Origin: Burkholderiales bacterium
GTDB taxonomy: Bacteria; Pseudomonadota; Gammaproteobacteria; Burkholderiales; Burkholderiaceae_D
Direction of reading: 5' to 3'
DNA length: 64,000 nt
Assembly: GCA_003136595.1 (NCBI GenBank)
Contig: PLEY01000006.1
Coordinates: forward strand, 40,169 to 104,168
The notes beneath the pieces are model-generated. The model ran no database searches. It saw nothing but the letters and a program-made list of their open reading frames with translations, and was not told where the DNA came from. Position numbers and translations under genes: made by a program. Within the stretch, counting starts at the first letter, position 1; the number at the start of each line of letters is the position of its first letter. Positions 49,802-58,800 of the stretch are shown piece by piece.

Positions 49802-52108
49802 ATGGCCAAGCAGAATTCCCTCGCCCCACGCCCGATCCGATCGACAGTCCGCTCTCCCGCAAAGAACTCGTGGGCGGCCGAGCTACCTTATCTCCTTTCG
49901 GCCGGCCATTACGACGGCGCGGAAATGCTGGTTCGCGCTGAATTGCAGCAGCATCCAAGATCGGTCGAGGCACACTACTGGATGGCCGCCATCGGCATCG
50001 CCGCCGCGCGCAAGGAATTCGACGCTCTTGGCTGGGCGAAGAAGGCCGTGTTGCTCGATCCGGGAAGCGCGGATCTTCAATTTACCCTGGGGCGTGCCTT
50101 TAAGGAAGCCGGTCAGCTCGACGAAGCCGCCGCCGCCTATCGACGGGCATTGACCCTCGCGCCGCGCTTTGCCGAGGCATGGGTGAGCCTCGGCATCGTT
50201 CGGCGTGCCCAGGGGGACCTTGAAGACGCGATCAGGTGTTACCGCGAGGCGATCCGGCTCATGCCCGAGCTGCCGGCGGCACACGCGAATCTGGGCAAGG
50301 CTTTGCTGGAACAGCGCCGACTCCAGGTTGAGCACAGTGAAGGGGGGCAAGCCGTCAGCGAGGCACGGATCGTCGCAGCAGAGGAGCACGCGCTGGAGGC
50401 ATTGCGCGAGGCGGATCGGCTTGCGCCCGACGATGCGACCGTCGTCGCCAACCTCGGCAAGGCCTTGGTCGCGCGCGGTGAACTGGATGAGGCCGCTGCC
50501 GTGCTGAACCGCGCCCTGGGGCTTGCCCCGGAGCGCGAGGACCTGTGCGTCAGTCTGGGCGACTGCTACTTCCGGCTTCGCGAACTGGGTGTCGCGCACG
50601 CCATCTACGAACAGTGGCTGGCGGGGCACCCGAATGCCGTTGAAGTACCGCTGAATCTGGTTGGGCTGCTGCTCGAGGTCGGCAAGGTCGAGGAAGCCGA
50701 GAAGTGGATTCGCCACGTCACCGAGCGCGCTCCGGAAAACAAGGGGCTCCTGCAGCCGCTCGGGTTACAGGCCCTCACCCGCGGTGACGCCGCCGAAAGC
50801 CTCGAGTACTATCGCCAGGCCGCAGAACAGGTGTCCGGCGAAGGGAGTTGGTCCGGCTACCTGATGTCGCTGAATTATCGGAGCGAGGATCCGGTAAAGA
50901 TTGCCACGGAGCACCGCCGTGCGCGCGACCATTTCGGTGGAATCGCGGCGCAGAAGCTCGCGCGTTTTGCTGGATTTTCCGCGTCGGCCGCACCCCGGCT
51001 CGCCGCAACCGCAGGCGCGAAAATCCGGATCGGCTTCATCTCGGGAGACCTGCGGCAGCACTCGGTATCGTATTTTCTTGAGAAGGTCTGGACCCACCTC
51101 GATCCGGGACGCTTCGAGATCGTCGGATACCACAATTCGGTCATCACCGATGCAGTCTCGGAGCGGCTGCAGCGATCGGCGAGTGCCTGGATACCCTGCC
51201 TGAAGATGGGCGATACCGCGCTCTTGCGGCGCATTCGATCCGATGACCTCGATGTGCTCATCGATCTGTCGGGTCACACCGGGGGACACCGCCTAAAGGT
51301 CGTTGCAGCCCGTCCGGCGCCTTTGCAGATGACCTATCTCGGGTATCCGACCACGTCCGGTCTGCCCGAGATCGACTACCGCATCACCGACCCCACAATC
51401 GATCCCCCAGGCGAGCCGAATCTTTCTGCGGAGCAGCCGCTGCGGATTCCGGGCGGGATGTTTTGCTACAACCCGGGCTTGGATCCGGAATCGGGGCCGC
51501 CGCCGATGCAGGACAATGGTTTCGTGACTTTTGGTTCCTTCAACAATGCCGCCAAGATCACCGACCGTACGCTCATGCTGTGGAGCGCGGTCCTCGAGGC
51601 CGTTCCGGATTCGAGGCTCTACGTGAAGACCTCGGCGCCGGCCTTCGACCGTACCCGCGCGAGAGTTCTCGCGGTGCTCGATGCATGCGGCATCGCGCGC
51701 GAGCGACTGACGATGATTCGCTGGTCCGCCGAGACCCGGTCTCACCTGGAACAGTACCGGGAGATGGACATCGCCCTGGACACGTACCCCTACAACGGCG
51801 CGACCACAACCTGTGAAGCGCTCTGGATGGGCGTTCCGGTTGTGACCTTGAGCGGCGCGACGCACGTCTCCCGGATGGGTGCCTCGATCCTGAAGAGCGC
51901 GGGACTCGATCAATGGGTGGCGGCGAGTCCCGCCGGGTTCGTCGCGCGCGCTGTCGCTCTCGCCGCCGACCCGGCAGGGCTCGCCGAATTCCGTAGCCGG
52001 GCCCGGTCCCAGTTGGCGGGTACGGCCCTCTACGACGGTGAGCGGATCGGTCGCGAGTTCGGGACCTGTATCGAGCAGGCGGTCAAGAGCAGTCGGGAGC
52101 AACGCTAG
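49802..52108 (+). CDS. TPR-repeat protein fused to a GT41 (SPINDLY/OGT-like) glycosyltransferase domain
   Basis: 768 aa. The N-terminal roughly 350 aa are TPR units. The C-terminal half has GT41 signatures (IRIGFISGDLRQHSVSYF, DVLIDLSGHTGGHRL, QMTYLGYPTTSGLPEIDYRITD, VTFGSFNNAAKI, DIALDTYPYNGATTTCEALWMGVPVVT). Confidence 0.85.
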   Translation: MAKQNSLAPRPIRSTVRSPAKNSWAAELPYLLSAGHYDGAEMLVRAELQQHPRSVEAHYWMAAIGIAAARKEFDALGWAKKAVLLDPGSADLQFTLGRAFKEAGQLDEAAAAYRRALTLAPRFAEAWVSLGIVRRAQGDLEDAIRCYREAIRLMPELPAAHANLGKALLEQRRLQVEHSEGGQAVSEARIVAAEEHALEALREADRLAPDDATVVANLGKALVARGELDEAAAVLNRALGLAPEREDLCVSLGDCYFRLRELGVAHAIYEQWLAGHPNAVEVPLNLVGLLLEVGKVEEAEKWIRHVTERAPENKGLLQPLGLQALTRGDAAESLEYYRQAAEQVSGEGSWSGYLMSLNYRSEDPVKIATEHRRARDHFGGIAAQKLARFAGFSASAAPRLAATAGAKIRIGFISGDLRQHSVSYFLEKVWTHLDPGRFEIVGYHNSVITDAVSERLQRSASAWIPCLKMGDTALLRRIRSDDLDVLIDLSGHTGGHRLKVVAARPAPLQMTYLGYPTTSGLPEIDYRITDPTIDPPGEPNLSAEQPLRIPGGMFCYNPGLDPESGPPPMQDNGFVTFGSFNNAAKITDRTLMLWSAVLEAVPDSRLYVKTSAPAFDRTRARVLAVLDACGIARERLTMIRWSAETRSHLEQYREMDIALDTYPYNGATTTCEALWMGVPVVTLSGATHVSRMGASILKSAGLDQWVAASPAGFVARAVALAADPAGLAEFRSRARSQLAGTALYDGERIGREFGTCIEQAVKSSREQR

Positions 52109-52116
52109 GCGTCCGG

Positions 52117-52704
52117 ATGGAGGCCGCGCACCGACTAGCGCGATGGATCACGCGCGCAACCCGAAGCCAGCCATGGGTCGCGCAATCGGGATTCACCTAC
52201 CTGGGCTTGTTATTCCTGATTGCATTGCTCTGCCTGGCGCTGGCGGCGGCCTCAATCGTCCACAGCGTGGAGTCGCGGCGCGAGAAGGAGCTGCAACTGG
52301 TATTCGCTGGCGAGCAGATCGCCGCGGCCATCGACAGCTATGCAGTCTCGAGCGGTCGCGTTGCGCAGCCCTTTCCGACGGAGCTAAGCGAACTCCTCAG
52401 CGATCAGCGCAGCCTTGTCGGGCTGCACCACCTAAGGCAGATCTACGTCGACCCGATGACGAATTCCAAAGAGTGGGGGCTTCTGAAAACTCCACAGGGT
52501 GGAATCATTGGCGTCTACAGTACCTCGGGGGAGCGTCCCTTGAAACAGAAGAATTTCCCCGACGGCCTAAGCTTTCCTGAGCAGGCGAAAACCTATCGCG
52601 AGTGGCATTTTCTCGCCACCAGCGCCCAGGGCGTCGTCGAGGCCGGCCCCGCGCCGTCTTCCCGAAATACCCAGTCGCCCGAGACTCTCCCACACCGTCC
52701 CTGA
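52117..52704 (+). CDS. GspG-like pseudopilin / prepilin-type N-terminal domain protein, atypical
   Basis: 195 aa. QSG|FTYLGLLFLIALLCLALAA resembles a prepilin cleavage/methylation site but has Gly instead of Glu at +5. The later segment YVDPMTNSKEWGLL recalls the GspG DPWG region. 8 nt after the GT41 stop. Confidence 0.6.
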   Translation: MEAAHRLARWITRATRSQPWVAQSGFTYLGLLFLIALLCLALAAASIVHSVESRREKELQLVFAGEQIAAAIDSYAVSSGRVAQPFPTELSELLSDQRSLVGLHHLRQIYVDPMTNSKEWGLLKTPQGGIIGVYSTSGERPLKQKNFPDGLSFPEQAKTYREWHFLATSAQGVVEAGPAPSSRNTQSPETLPHRP

Positions 52705-52876
52705 AGACTGAGCGCAGGCGCACGTCCCGCGTGGGGCCCATGCCGCACCTCCATGGACCGGTATCGATCTGCCGACTCTCATGACCTGAAATATCTGGAT
52801 TTTCAGGCGATGACGCCGTCCGGACCGCGCCGTCTAGGGGTTTTCTTCGCCCCGCGTCCTGGTTGGGAGCGGTCGA

Positions 52877-52894
52877 GACTAGTCCGTTCTAGTC
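52877..52894. promoter_or_regulatory. perfect inverted repeat GACTAG-N6-CTAGTC, candidate enhancer (UAS) site
   Basis: Read directly. Its centre lies about 125 nt upstream of the sigma-54 -24 element at 53008, a typical distance for an enhancer-binding-protein site. Confidence 0.35.
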
Positions 52895-53006
52895 ATACGG
52901 GACGTGAATCGACCGGGTACCCATGTCACAAGACCCCAATAGAGTGCGAAGGTCCGAAAGAAAAGCAGGTGTTTTCGGGTAAGTCGGGGTTCCCCGGCTC
53001 CCGGAT

Positions 53007-53022
53007 GGGCAAGAGGATTGCC
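53007..53022 (+). promoter_or_regulatory. sigma-54 (-24/-12) promoter for the CTERM-cargo gene
   Basis: The sequence gGGCAaGaggaTTGCc is compared with the consensus TGGCACG-N4-TTGCW. The invariant GG (53008-9) and GC (53020-21) are separated by exactly 10 nt. It lies about 76 nt upstream of the ATG at 53098. Confidence 0.6.
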
Positions 53023-53097
53023 ACTCCGGGTCTTGCAGTAGCGCACAGGGGGCGGTTCCTCCTTTGTGTCCTTCCTCGTACATCTTCAGGAGAACAT

Positions 53098-53925
53098 ATG
53101 AAATTCACAATGAAACTGATCGCAGCTGCAGCAGCCCTGGTCGCGGCGGGCGCAGCTTCGGCCGGTACGACGATCAACCTTCCAGCCACTGGCAGCGACC
53201 TGGTACTGACGGTCTGGGATAACACTCTTCAGCCAGCCGGACAGGCGCTGCCCGGTGTCGCGCTGACGATCGATACCGGCATCACCTACAGCCAGCTCGG
53301 CGTAGGCAGCGCCTTCGTCACGACCAATCACCTGACCGATCTGCTGTCGGCATCCGACACGGCCCTGATCGCATCGGTCTTTGGTAGCGACGCTAGCGCA
53401 TCGTACGGCCTGATCTCGGCCGAGCAGCTCGCCCTGAACAACTGGGTCTACACCTCGGCCGCCTCAGCGACGCTTAACCCGTCACCCAACAACACCGGTT
53501 TGAACAACGCCGGACTCACCGCCTTCACCAGCTACCTCACAGCGGTCAATAACGCCGGCGGCGCCCCCTACCAAGCCAACGGTCAAGGCACGGCGGCGAC
53601 CAACGGTGGCAATTTCATGGCTAACCAGTTCCTTAATGACTTCCTGAACGTCAGGGGTGCCGCGCTCGGTTCCAATTCATACCTTTGGAATTCGACTGCC
53701 ACCCATTCAGGCGTAAATGCCTTGAAGGCCACCACAATACAGTATGCCGGATCCGGCCTGCCGGCTGGGGTTACGGGCTCCTACTTTTCGCTATCGAGCG
53801 CGGGCGTCCTGACCTACACGTACGGCGGTGGCGTCTCCGCTGTGCCGATCCCCGCCGCCGTTTGGCTAATGGGGTCGGGCCTTGTCGGTCTGCTCGGCGT
53901 AGGCCGTCGTCGCCGGGCTGCGTAA
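53098..53925 (+). CDS. secreted protein with a PEP-CTERM-variant (VPIPAA-type) C-terminal sorting signal
   Basis: AGGAGA RBS before the ATG at 53098. Signal peptide MKFTMKLIAAAAALVAAGAASA. The mature part is rich in S/T/N/G/A. The C-terminus VSAVPIPAAVWLMGSGLVGLLGVGRRRRAA has the motif, TM helix and Arg-cluster layout of exosortase substrates. Confidence 0.85.
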   Translation: MKFTMKLIAAAAALVAAGAASAGTTINLPATGSDLVLTVWDNTLQPAGQALPGVALTIDTGITYSQLGVGSAFVTTNHLTDLLSASDTALIASVFGSDASASYGLISAEQLALNNWVYTSAASATLNPSPNNTGLNNAGLTAFTSYLTAVNNAGGAPYQANGQGTAATNGGNFMANQFLNDFLNVRGAALGSNSYLWNSTATHSGVNALKATTIQYAGSGLPAGVTGSYFSLSSAGVLTYTYGGGVSAVPIPAAVWLMGSGLVGLLGVGRRRRAA

Positions 53926-53961
53926 GTCTTCATCGCCCACCGTTGCGGGCAAATCCCTGCC

Positions 53962-53986
53962 GTCCCGGTACCCGCGGTACCGGGAC
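53962..53986 (+). terminator. perfect 11-bp stem / 3-nt loop hairpin just after the CTERM-cargo gene (attenuator or stabiliser; no U-tract)
   Basis: GTCCCGGTACC-cgc-GGTACCGGGAC, 37 nt after the stop codon, followed by TCAAAAAAAT rather than a T-run. Confidence 0.5.
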
Positions 53987-54010
53987 TCAAAAAAATCGAG
54001 TGAGGAAAAC

Positions 54011-55567
54011 ATGAATTTGAAACCCATTACGATGGCCGTGGGTTCGGCCCTCGCAGTCTTATCCGCATCAGCTTTCGCGATCACCCCCGAGGCCTACAAC
54101 GCCATCGCCGCCGCCAACAAGACAGAGGTCTATGTCTCGGGCTCGTCGGCCCTTGATCCTGCACTGTTGCGCATTCTCGCAAATCAGTGCAAGGTGAGTA
54201 CGATCGACGAGTATGTCGGGTCAAACGAGTACGCCGTCTTCTGCCAGACGCCCACCGCCGGCAAGTACTTCGGGTTCTACAAGGAATCAACGAACGGTTC
54301 GGCCAACGGCGTCTTGGCCATTGACGGCGCGGGCAAGACCCGTCCGTTCATCAGTCCCACCGGCATGATCACGGCCCTGGGCGCATCGACCACCGCCTGC
54401 CCCGTCACCAGCACCATCGTGGTCGGTGGGGGCTCGTCGCTTGTGAATTCGGTTGTGATCCACAACTGCGCGGGGATCTCAGCGACTGCGGGTGCTTACA
54501 TCCAGGATGTGCTGCCTGACCTCGGTCTCTCCGATGTGGAGCCACCCATTTTCGTGCCGGGTGGTGTCACGACCGCAACGGTCACGCCGATCGCCGCCCA
54601 GATCTTCGGCGTGCCGGTCTCGAAGAATGTCTATGCCCTGCTCCAGGCGAAGGAGGGCCTTGGCACCGGTGCTGACGAAGCCAATATGCCAAGTCTGTCG
54701 AGCGAGGTCGTCAACGGAATCTATGTGGGCGCGATCACCAACTGGTCGCAGCTCGGTGTTGCGACGGGCAGTACACTGGTCGACGACAACATCTACATCG
54801 CTCGCCGTACCGATCAGACGCTAGGGGGTATCGTCTCCTCAGGAACGCAGACTTCGACCGAGATCTATTACACCACCGAGATCTGCAATCCCAACGTCGC
54901 ATTGAAGTTCCTGCCGGCTAGCACCGTGGACGGCGCGAACGTGATGGCAGACTGCACCACGTCCTCGATCACAGCGTCGTTCAACTACAACAGTCCAAAG
55001 GGTCAGCCTTTCGCCGTATTCGCGGGAACCAGCGGCGGCAAGGTGCAGGGTTGCCTGACACAACTCGGGAAACAAAATCAGGGTGGTATCGGGCTGCTGG
55101 GCGGTACCGATCAGCCGAGTACTGCTGGCTCGAACAACGGCTTTGCATTCGTCAAGATCAACGGCTACTCGCCCTCGATCTATAACGTCGCCAAGGGCTA
55201 TTACAACGACTGGTTCGAGGCTTCGGCCCAGCTCCCGTCGCACAATGGTCAGGGCGGTGCCGCGGGCGCAACCGAGGCAGGCACGATCGTCTCCGAATTC
55301 AACGACGTTGTGCCGATCGGCGACGTCGATGGCGCGATCGTGACATCCTGGGGATCACCTTCCGGACTCTTGGTCAACGGCTATAACTTCGCTTCGGGTG
55401 CCGTCACTGGAACCGCGCTTCCCGCCTCGTTTACTGCGGCGAACGTTCTGGCGAATCCGATCAACCCGTTCGCACGCAACGTGACGGGTACCGGCCAATC
55501 CTGCAATCCGGCCACCCCGGCCAACGCCCCGGTCGCGATCGCCCCGCCGAACCCGAACACGCCCTGA
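54011..55567 (+). CDS. exported protein of unknown function (weak periplasmic-binding-protein-like N-terminal motif)
   Basis: GAGGA RBS. Signal peptide MNLKPITMAVGSALAVLSASAFA. The segment VYVSGSSALDP is reminiscent of the PstS/PBP fold. 518 aa with no CTERM anchor. Confidence 0.7.
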   Translation: MNLKPITMAVGSALAVLSASAFAITPEAYNAIAAANKTEVYVSGSSALDPALLRILANQCKVSTIDEYVGSNEYAVFCQTPTAGKYFGFYKESTNGSANGVLAIDGAGKTRPFISPTGMITALGASTTACPVTSTIVVGGGSSLVNSVVIHNCAGISATAGAYIQDVLPDLGLSDVEPPIFVPGGVTTATVTPIAAQIFGVPVSKNVYALLQAKEGLGTGADEANMPSLSSEVVNGIYVGAITNWSQLGVATGSTLVDDNIYIARRTDQTLGGIVSSGTQTSTEIYYTTEICNPNVALKFLPASTVDGANVMADCTTSSITASFNYNSPKGQPFAVFAGTSGGKVQGCLTQLGKQNQGGIGLLGGTDQPSTAGSNNGFAFVKINGYSPSIYNVAKGYYNDWFEASAQLPSHNGQGGAAGATEAGTIVSEFNDVVPIGDVDGAIVTSWGSPSGLLVNGYNFASGAVTGTALPASFTAANVLANPINPFARNVTGTGQSCNPATPANAPVAIAPPNPNTP

Positions 55568-55655
55568 TGGAGCGCTTCTTCAAGCTCGACGGCTGCTGAG
55601 ATCGTTCTGCTGCTGTGCCCGGCGTTGCCAACAGAGCAACGCCGAGAGGCCCACT

Positions 55656-55685
55656 CCCGGTGTTAATTTTTAACACCGGGTTTTT
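55656..55685 (+). terminator. rho-independent terminator
   Basis: CCCGGTGTTAA-ttt-TTAACACCGGG followed by TTTTT. It is preceded by a second hairpin, GGCGTTGC...GCAACGCC, at 55621-55643. Confidence 0.8.
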
Positions 55686-55879
55686 CCATTTCAGGAGGAA
55701 CAAAATTGTTCTTGCTTGCTGCATGAGCGAAATTCCCTTCTACCACGATCGAGTCCTTCCGCCGGAGCATGTGACCTAATCTCGTCAGATATTGAGTGTC
55801 TACTGGGTGTAGTTCCGTGCCACTCCGAACGCCTGCTGTCGCAGCCTCGTCTCATTTTCCTGCCAAATTGAATCCGCCG

Positions 55880-58800
55880 ATGAAACCGCCTTCGAAGAAT
55901 CCCAGGGCTCGCGAGTTCCACGACTCCCCTCGAACACTCCAAGACCCGTCATTCCTGGGAGAGCCGCGCTTCCGGCTTGCGAAGATGGCGCTCGCCGTGA
56001 GTTCCGCATGCCTGGCGCTTGCCTGGGGCAATGCCGGGGCCCAGGTGCGTCCCGGTACCGTTCCGATTCTGAATCCGAACGGGGTCATTTCAGGTGCGGT
56101 CGTGGGTACCGCGGCCCCCAACGGTCGCGGCGGATCGACACTGACGGTCTCGCAGAGCCTGCAAAACGCCATCGTCGAGTGGCAGTCCTTCAACGTCGGT
56201 AGCGCAAGCTCAGTCATCTTCAAGCAGCCCAACGCGAGCGCAGCGATTCTGAACCGGATCTACGACCTCTCCCCCAGCATCATCCAGGGAGCGATCAAGG
56301 CCAACGGGATTGTCTACCTCGTCAACCAGAACGGCATCCTGTTCGACCGCGGCTCGCAGGTAAATGTCGGTGGTCTCGTGGCCTCGACGTTAAATATCGG
56401 CAATGGCGTGTTTGCGGCGGGATTGACCAGTCCGACCCAGGGCTCAGTCGCCTCTCCCACCTTTGTCGGCGGCTACGACTCGTCGGGCAATCCAACCCCG
56501 ACCGTGCCCACCGGCTCGATCCAGATCGGGCGCCAGGGCGACAGCGCGGCGCAGGCCCCCAAGATCACGGCAGCCAGCGGCGGCTCAATTCTCATCATCG
56601 CGCCGGTCGTCAACAACACCAGCGGGATCATCACAGCGCCTGACGGGCAGGTGATTCTAGCGGCGGGCGCTTCGGTTTATCTCTACGATCCTGGTGTTGC
56701 CAATCCTCCGCTCGGCTATAGCCCTTATTCCAATGAAGGCACGGCGCCGGCGAGCCTGCGCGGTTTCGTGGTCGAGGTGAGCGCCGGGGACAGCCCTGTC
56801 AACCTGACCGGGCTCCTGCAGAACACGGGCCAGATCAGTGCGGCCCGCGGCAACGTGACGCTGGCCGGCCTCGCTGTGAATCAGGCCGGACGAGTATCGG
56901 CAAGCAGCGCGGCCCTCTACAATGGAACCGTCTACCTGCAGGCCGGAACCGTCGATGGAAATGGCGGCACAGTCACGCTGGCACCAGGAAGCGTGACCGA
57001 AGCGCTTCCAGACACCATCGATCCGACCAAACTGTCGCAAGCCCAGACCTGGGTCGGTGGCTCGGTCGGCATCACCGGCAAGACGATCATCGACCAGGGC
57101 AAGGTCATAGCACCGGGTGGCTCGGTCTACATGACGGCCAAGGATAACTCCGATCCAACGGGCAGCCGGATCTATCTGGATCAGGGGAGCATCGTGGATG
57201 CATCGGGCTCCTGGAGCACGGTCCCTTTCTCTGACAACCTCCTGACGTTCAAGGTGACCTCGAACGAGCTCGCCAATTCACCGGACCAGAAGGGCGGGTT
57301 GCTCGAGGGCAGCACCGTCGTCGTGGACCTGAGGGATCCGAACAACATTCTCGATCTCTCGGGATATATCTCGGGCCAGTTGTTTTCGGTCCCGCAGAAG
57401 GCCGCGGCCGGTGGCAGCGTGTTCTTCAACTCCGCGGGGGATGTGATCGATCGAAGCGGCTCGGTCGTCAACGTCTCGGGTGGAGGTTTCAACTATACGG
57501 GCGGCTATGAGACGACCACTGCCTTGCTTGGCGCTGATGGCAAGATCTACAACATCAACACTGCGCCCGAGAATGTCCAATATGTCGAAGTGCTGAATTC
57601 GTTTAGCGTCAACCATCCACAATGGGGTCTGACGCAGACGTTTGCCAATCCGCTCTTCAATCTGGCCAGCTACTCACCGGCGTATGCACAGGGTGCCTCG
57701 GCCGGCTCGATCACCTTCAACCAAGCGACCGGTCTCGTCCTCGATGGTCGCCTCCAGGCACAGGTCACGGTCGGGCCGAATCAGCTCGCCAATGCGCCAC
57801 GGGGGGGGACGCTGACGATAGCGCCACTCGCCGGTTCGTCCGAGAGCTACGGGGTCGATAACCTCACCATCGTCCAGTCGGCCAGCGACACGCTTACGCC
57901 GGGCTTTAGCGCTTCAACATCTTTGACGCCGGCCGAGTCGGGCACCGGGGTTCTCGGGGCAACGTCGCTCGGCGGGTCGGCCACGACGCCGATTCAATTC
58001 GACACCCTCAATCTCACCGCCGACGGGACGATAACCGTTCCGTCCAACGTCACGCTTAAGAGCCCGATCGGCGGCACCATCAATCTGAACGCGTCGGCGA
58101 TCAACGTGTCCGGGTCGCTCGTCGCCCCGTCAGGAACTGTCACCCTGGCGACGATTGAACCGGGGTCGTTGCCCAGTGCGAATCCTAATCTGCCGGTAAG
58201 CGCACCGCCGGCGCAATCAGTCACGCTCCACCCAGGCAGCCTCCTCTCCACGGCGGGGATCTGGTTGAATGACGATACTCCGACCGGCGCGCCCCTGGGA
58301 CCGGTTCTGCCGACGGCGATGGCGGCACCCTCCGGCGCAGCGCCCACCGCCGCAATCCCCACTACGCAGGGCGGCAGCATCGCATTGATCGCGCCGTCCA
58401 ACAATATCCTTGCGGGGAGTGTGATCGATGTGTCCGGCGGTGGCCAGATCGGGAAGAACGGTGCGATCACCGGCGGCAATGGCGGGAAGATCTCGATTAG
58501 TGCCTCGACGTTCGAGATCAACGACGCCAACCGCACCACACCGATCACGACCAACCAGATCGATGGCACGCTTAAGGGCTACTCGCTCGCTACAGGCGGC
58601 AGCTTGATCCTCGGTGCCGGCAACGTCTCGATTGCCGATGCGCCAGGTGCGAGCGCATCGGGTGCCACCCCGGTTCTGGCGCTCGCCCCGAGTTTTTTCA
58701 CTCAGGGTGGTTTTTCCAGCTACGACGTCACTGGAGCCTATGGACTGAACGTCGCTGCCGGAACCACGATCGCCCCGACCACTCAGACCGAAATCGTCGA

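Noticed and set aside
49883-52102. Minus-strand ORFs 49883-50716 (277 aa), 50765-51289 and 51293-52102 (269 aa)
   Set aside because: They are antisense to the TPR-GT41 gene, whose frame carries strong GT41 motifs. They are shadow ORFs.
55686-55879. Sigma-54 promoter upstream of tpsA
   Set aside because: I checked every GG in this interval for GG-N10-GC spacing and none fits. Only a weak sigma-70-like TTGTTC-N17-GAAATT was seen, which is too poor to call.
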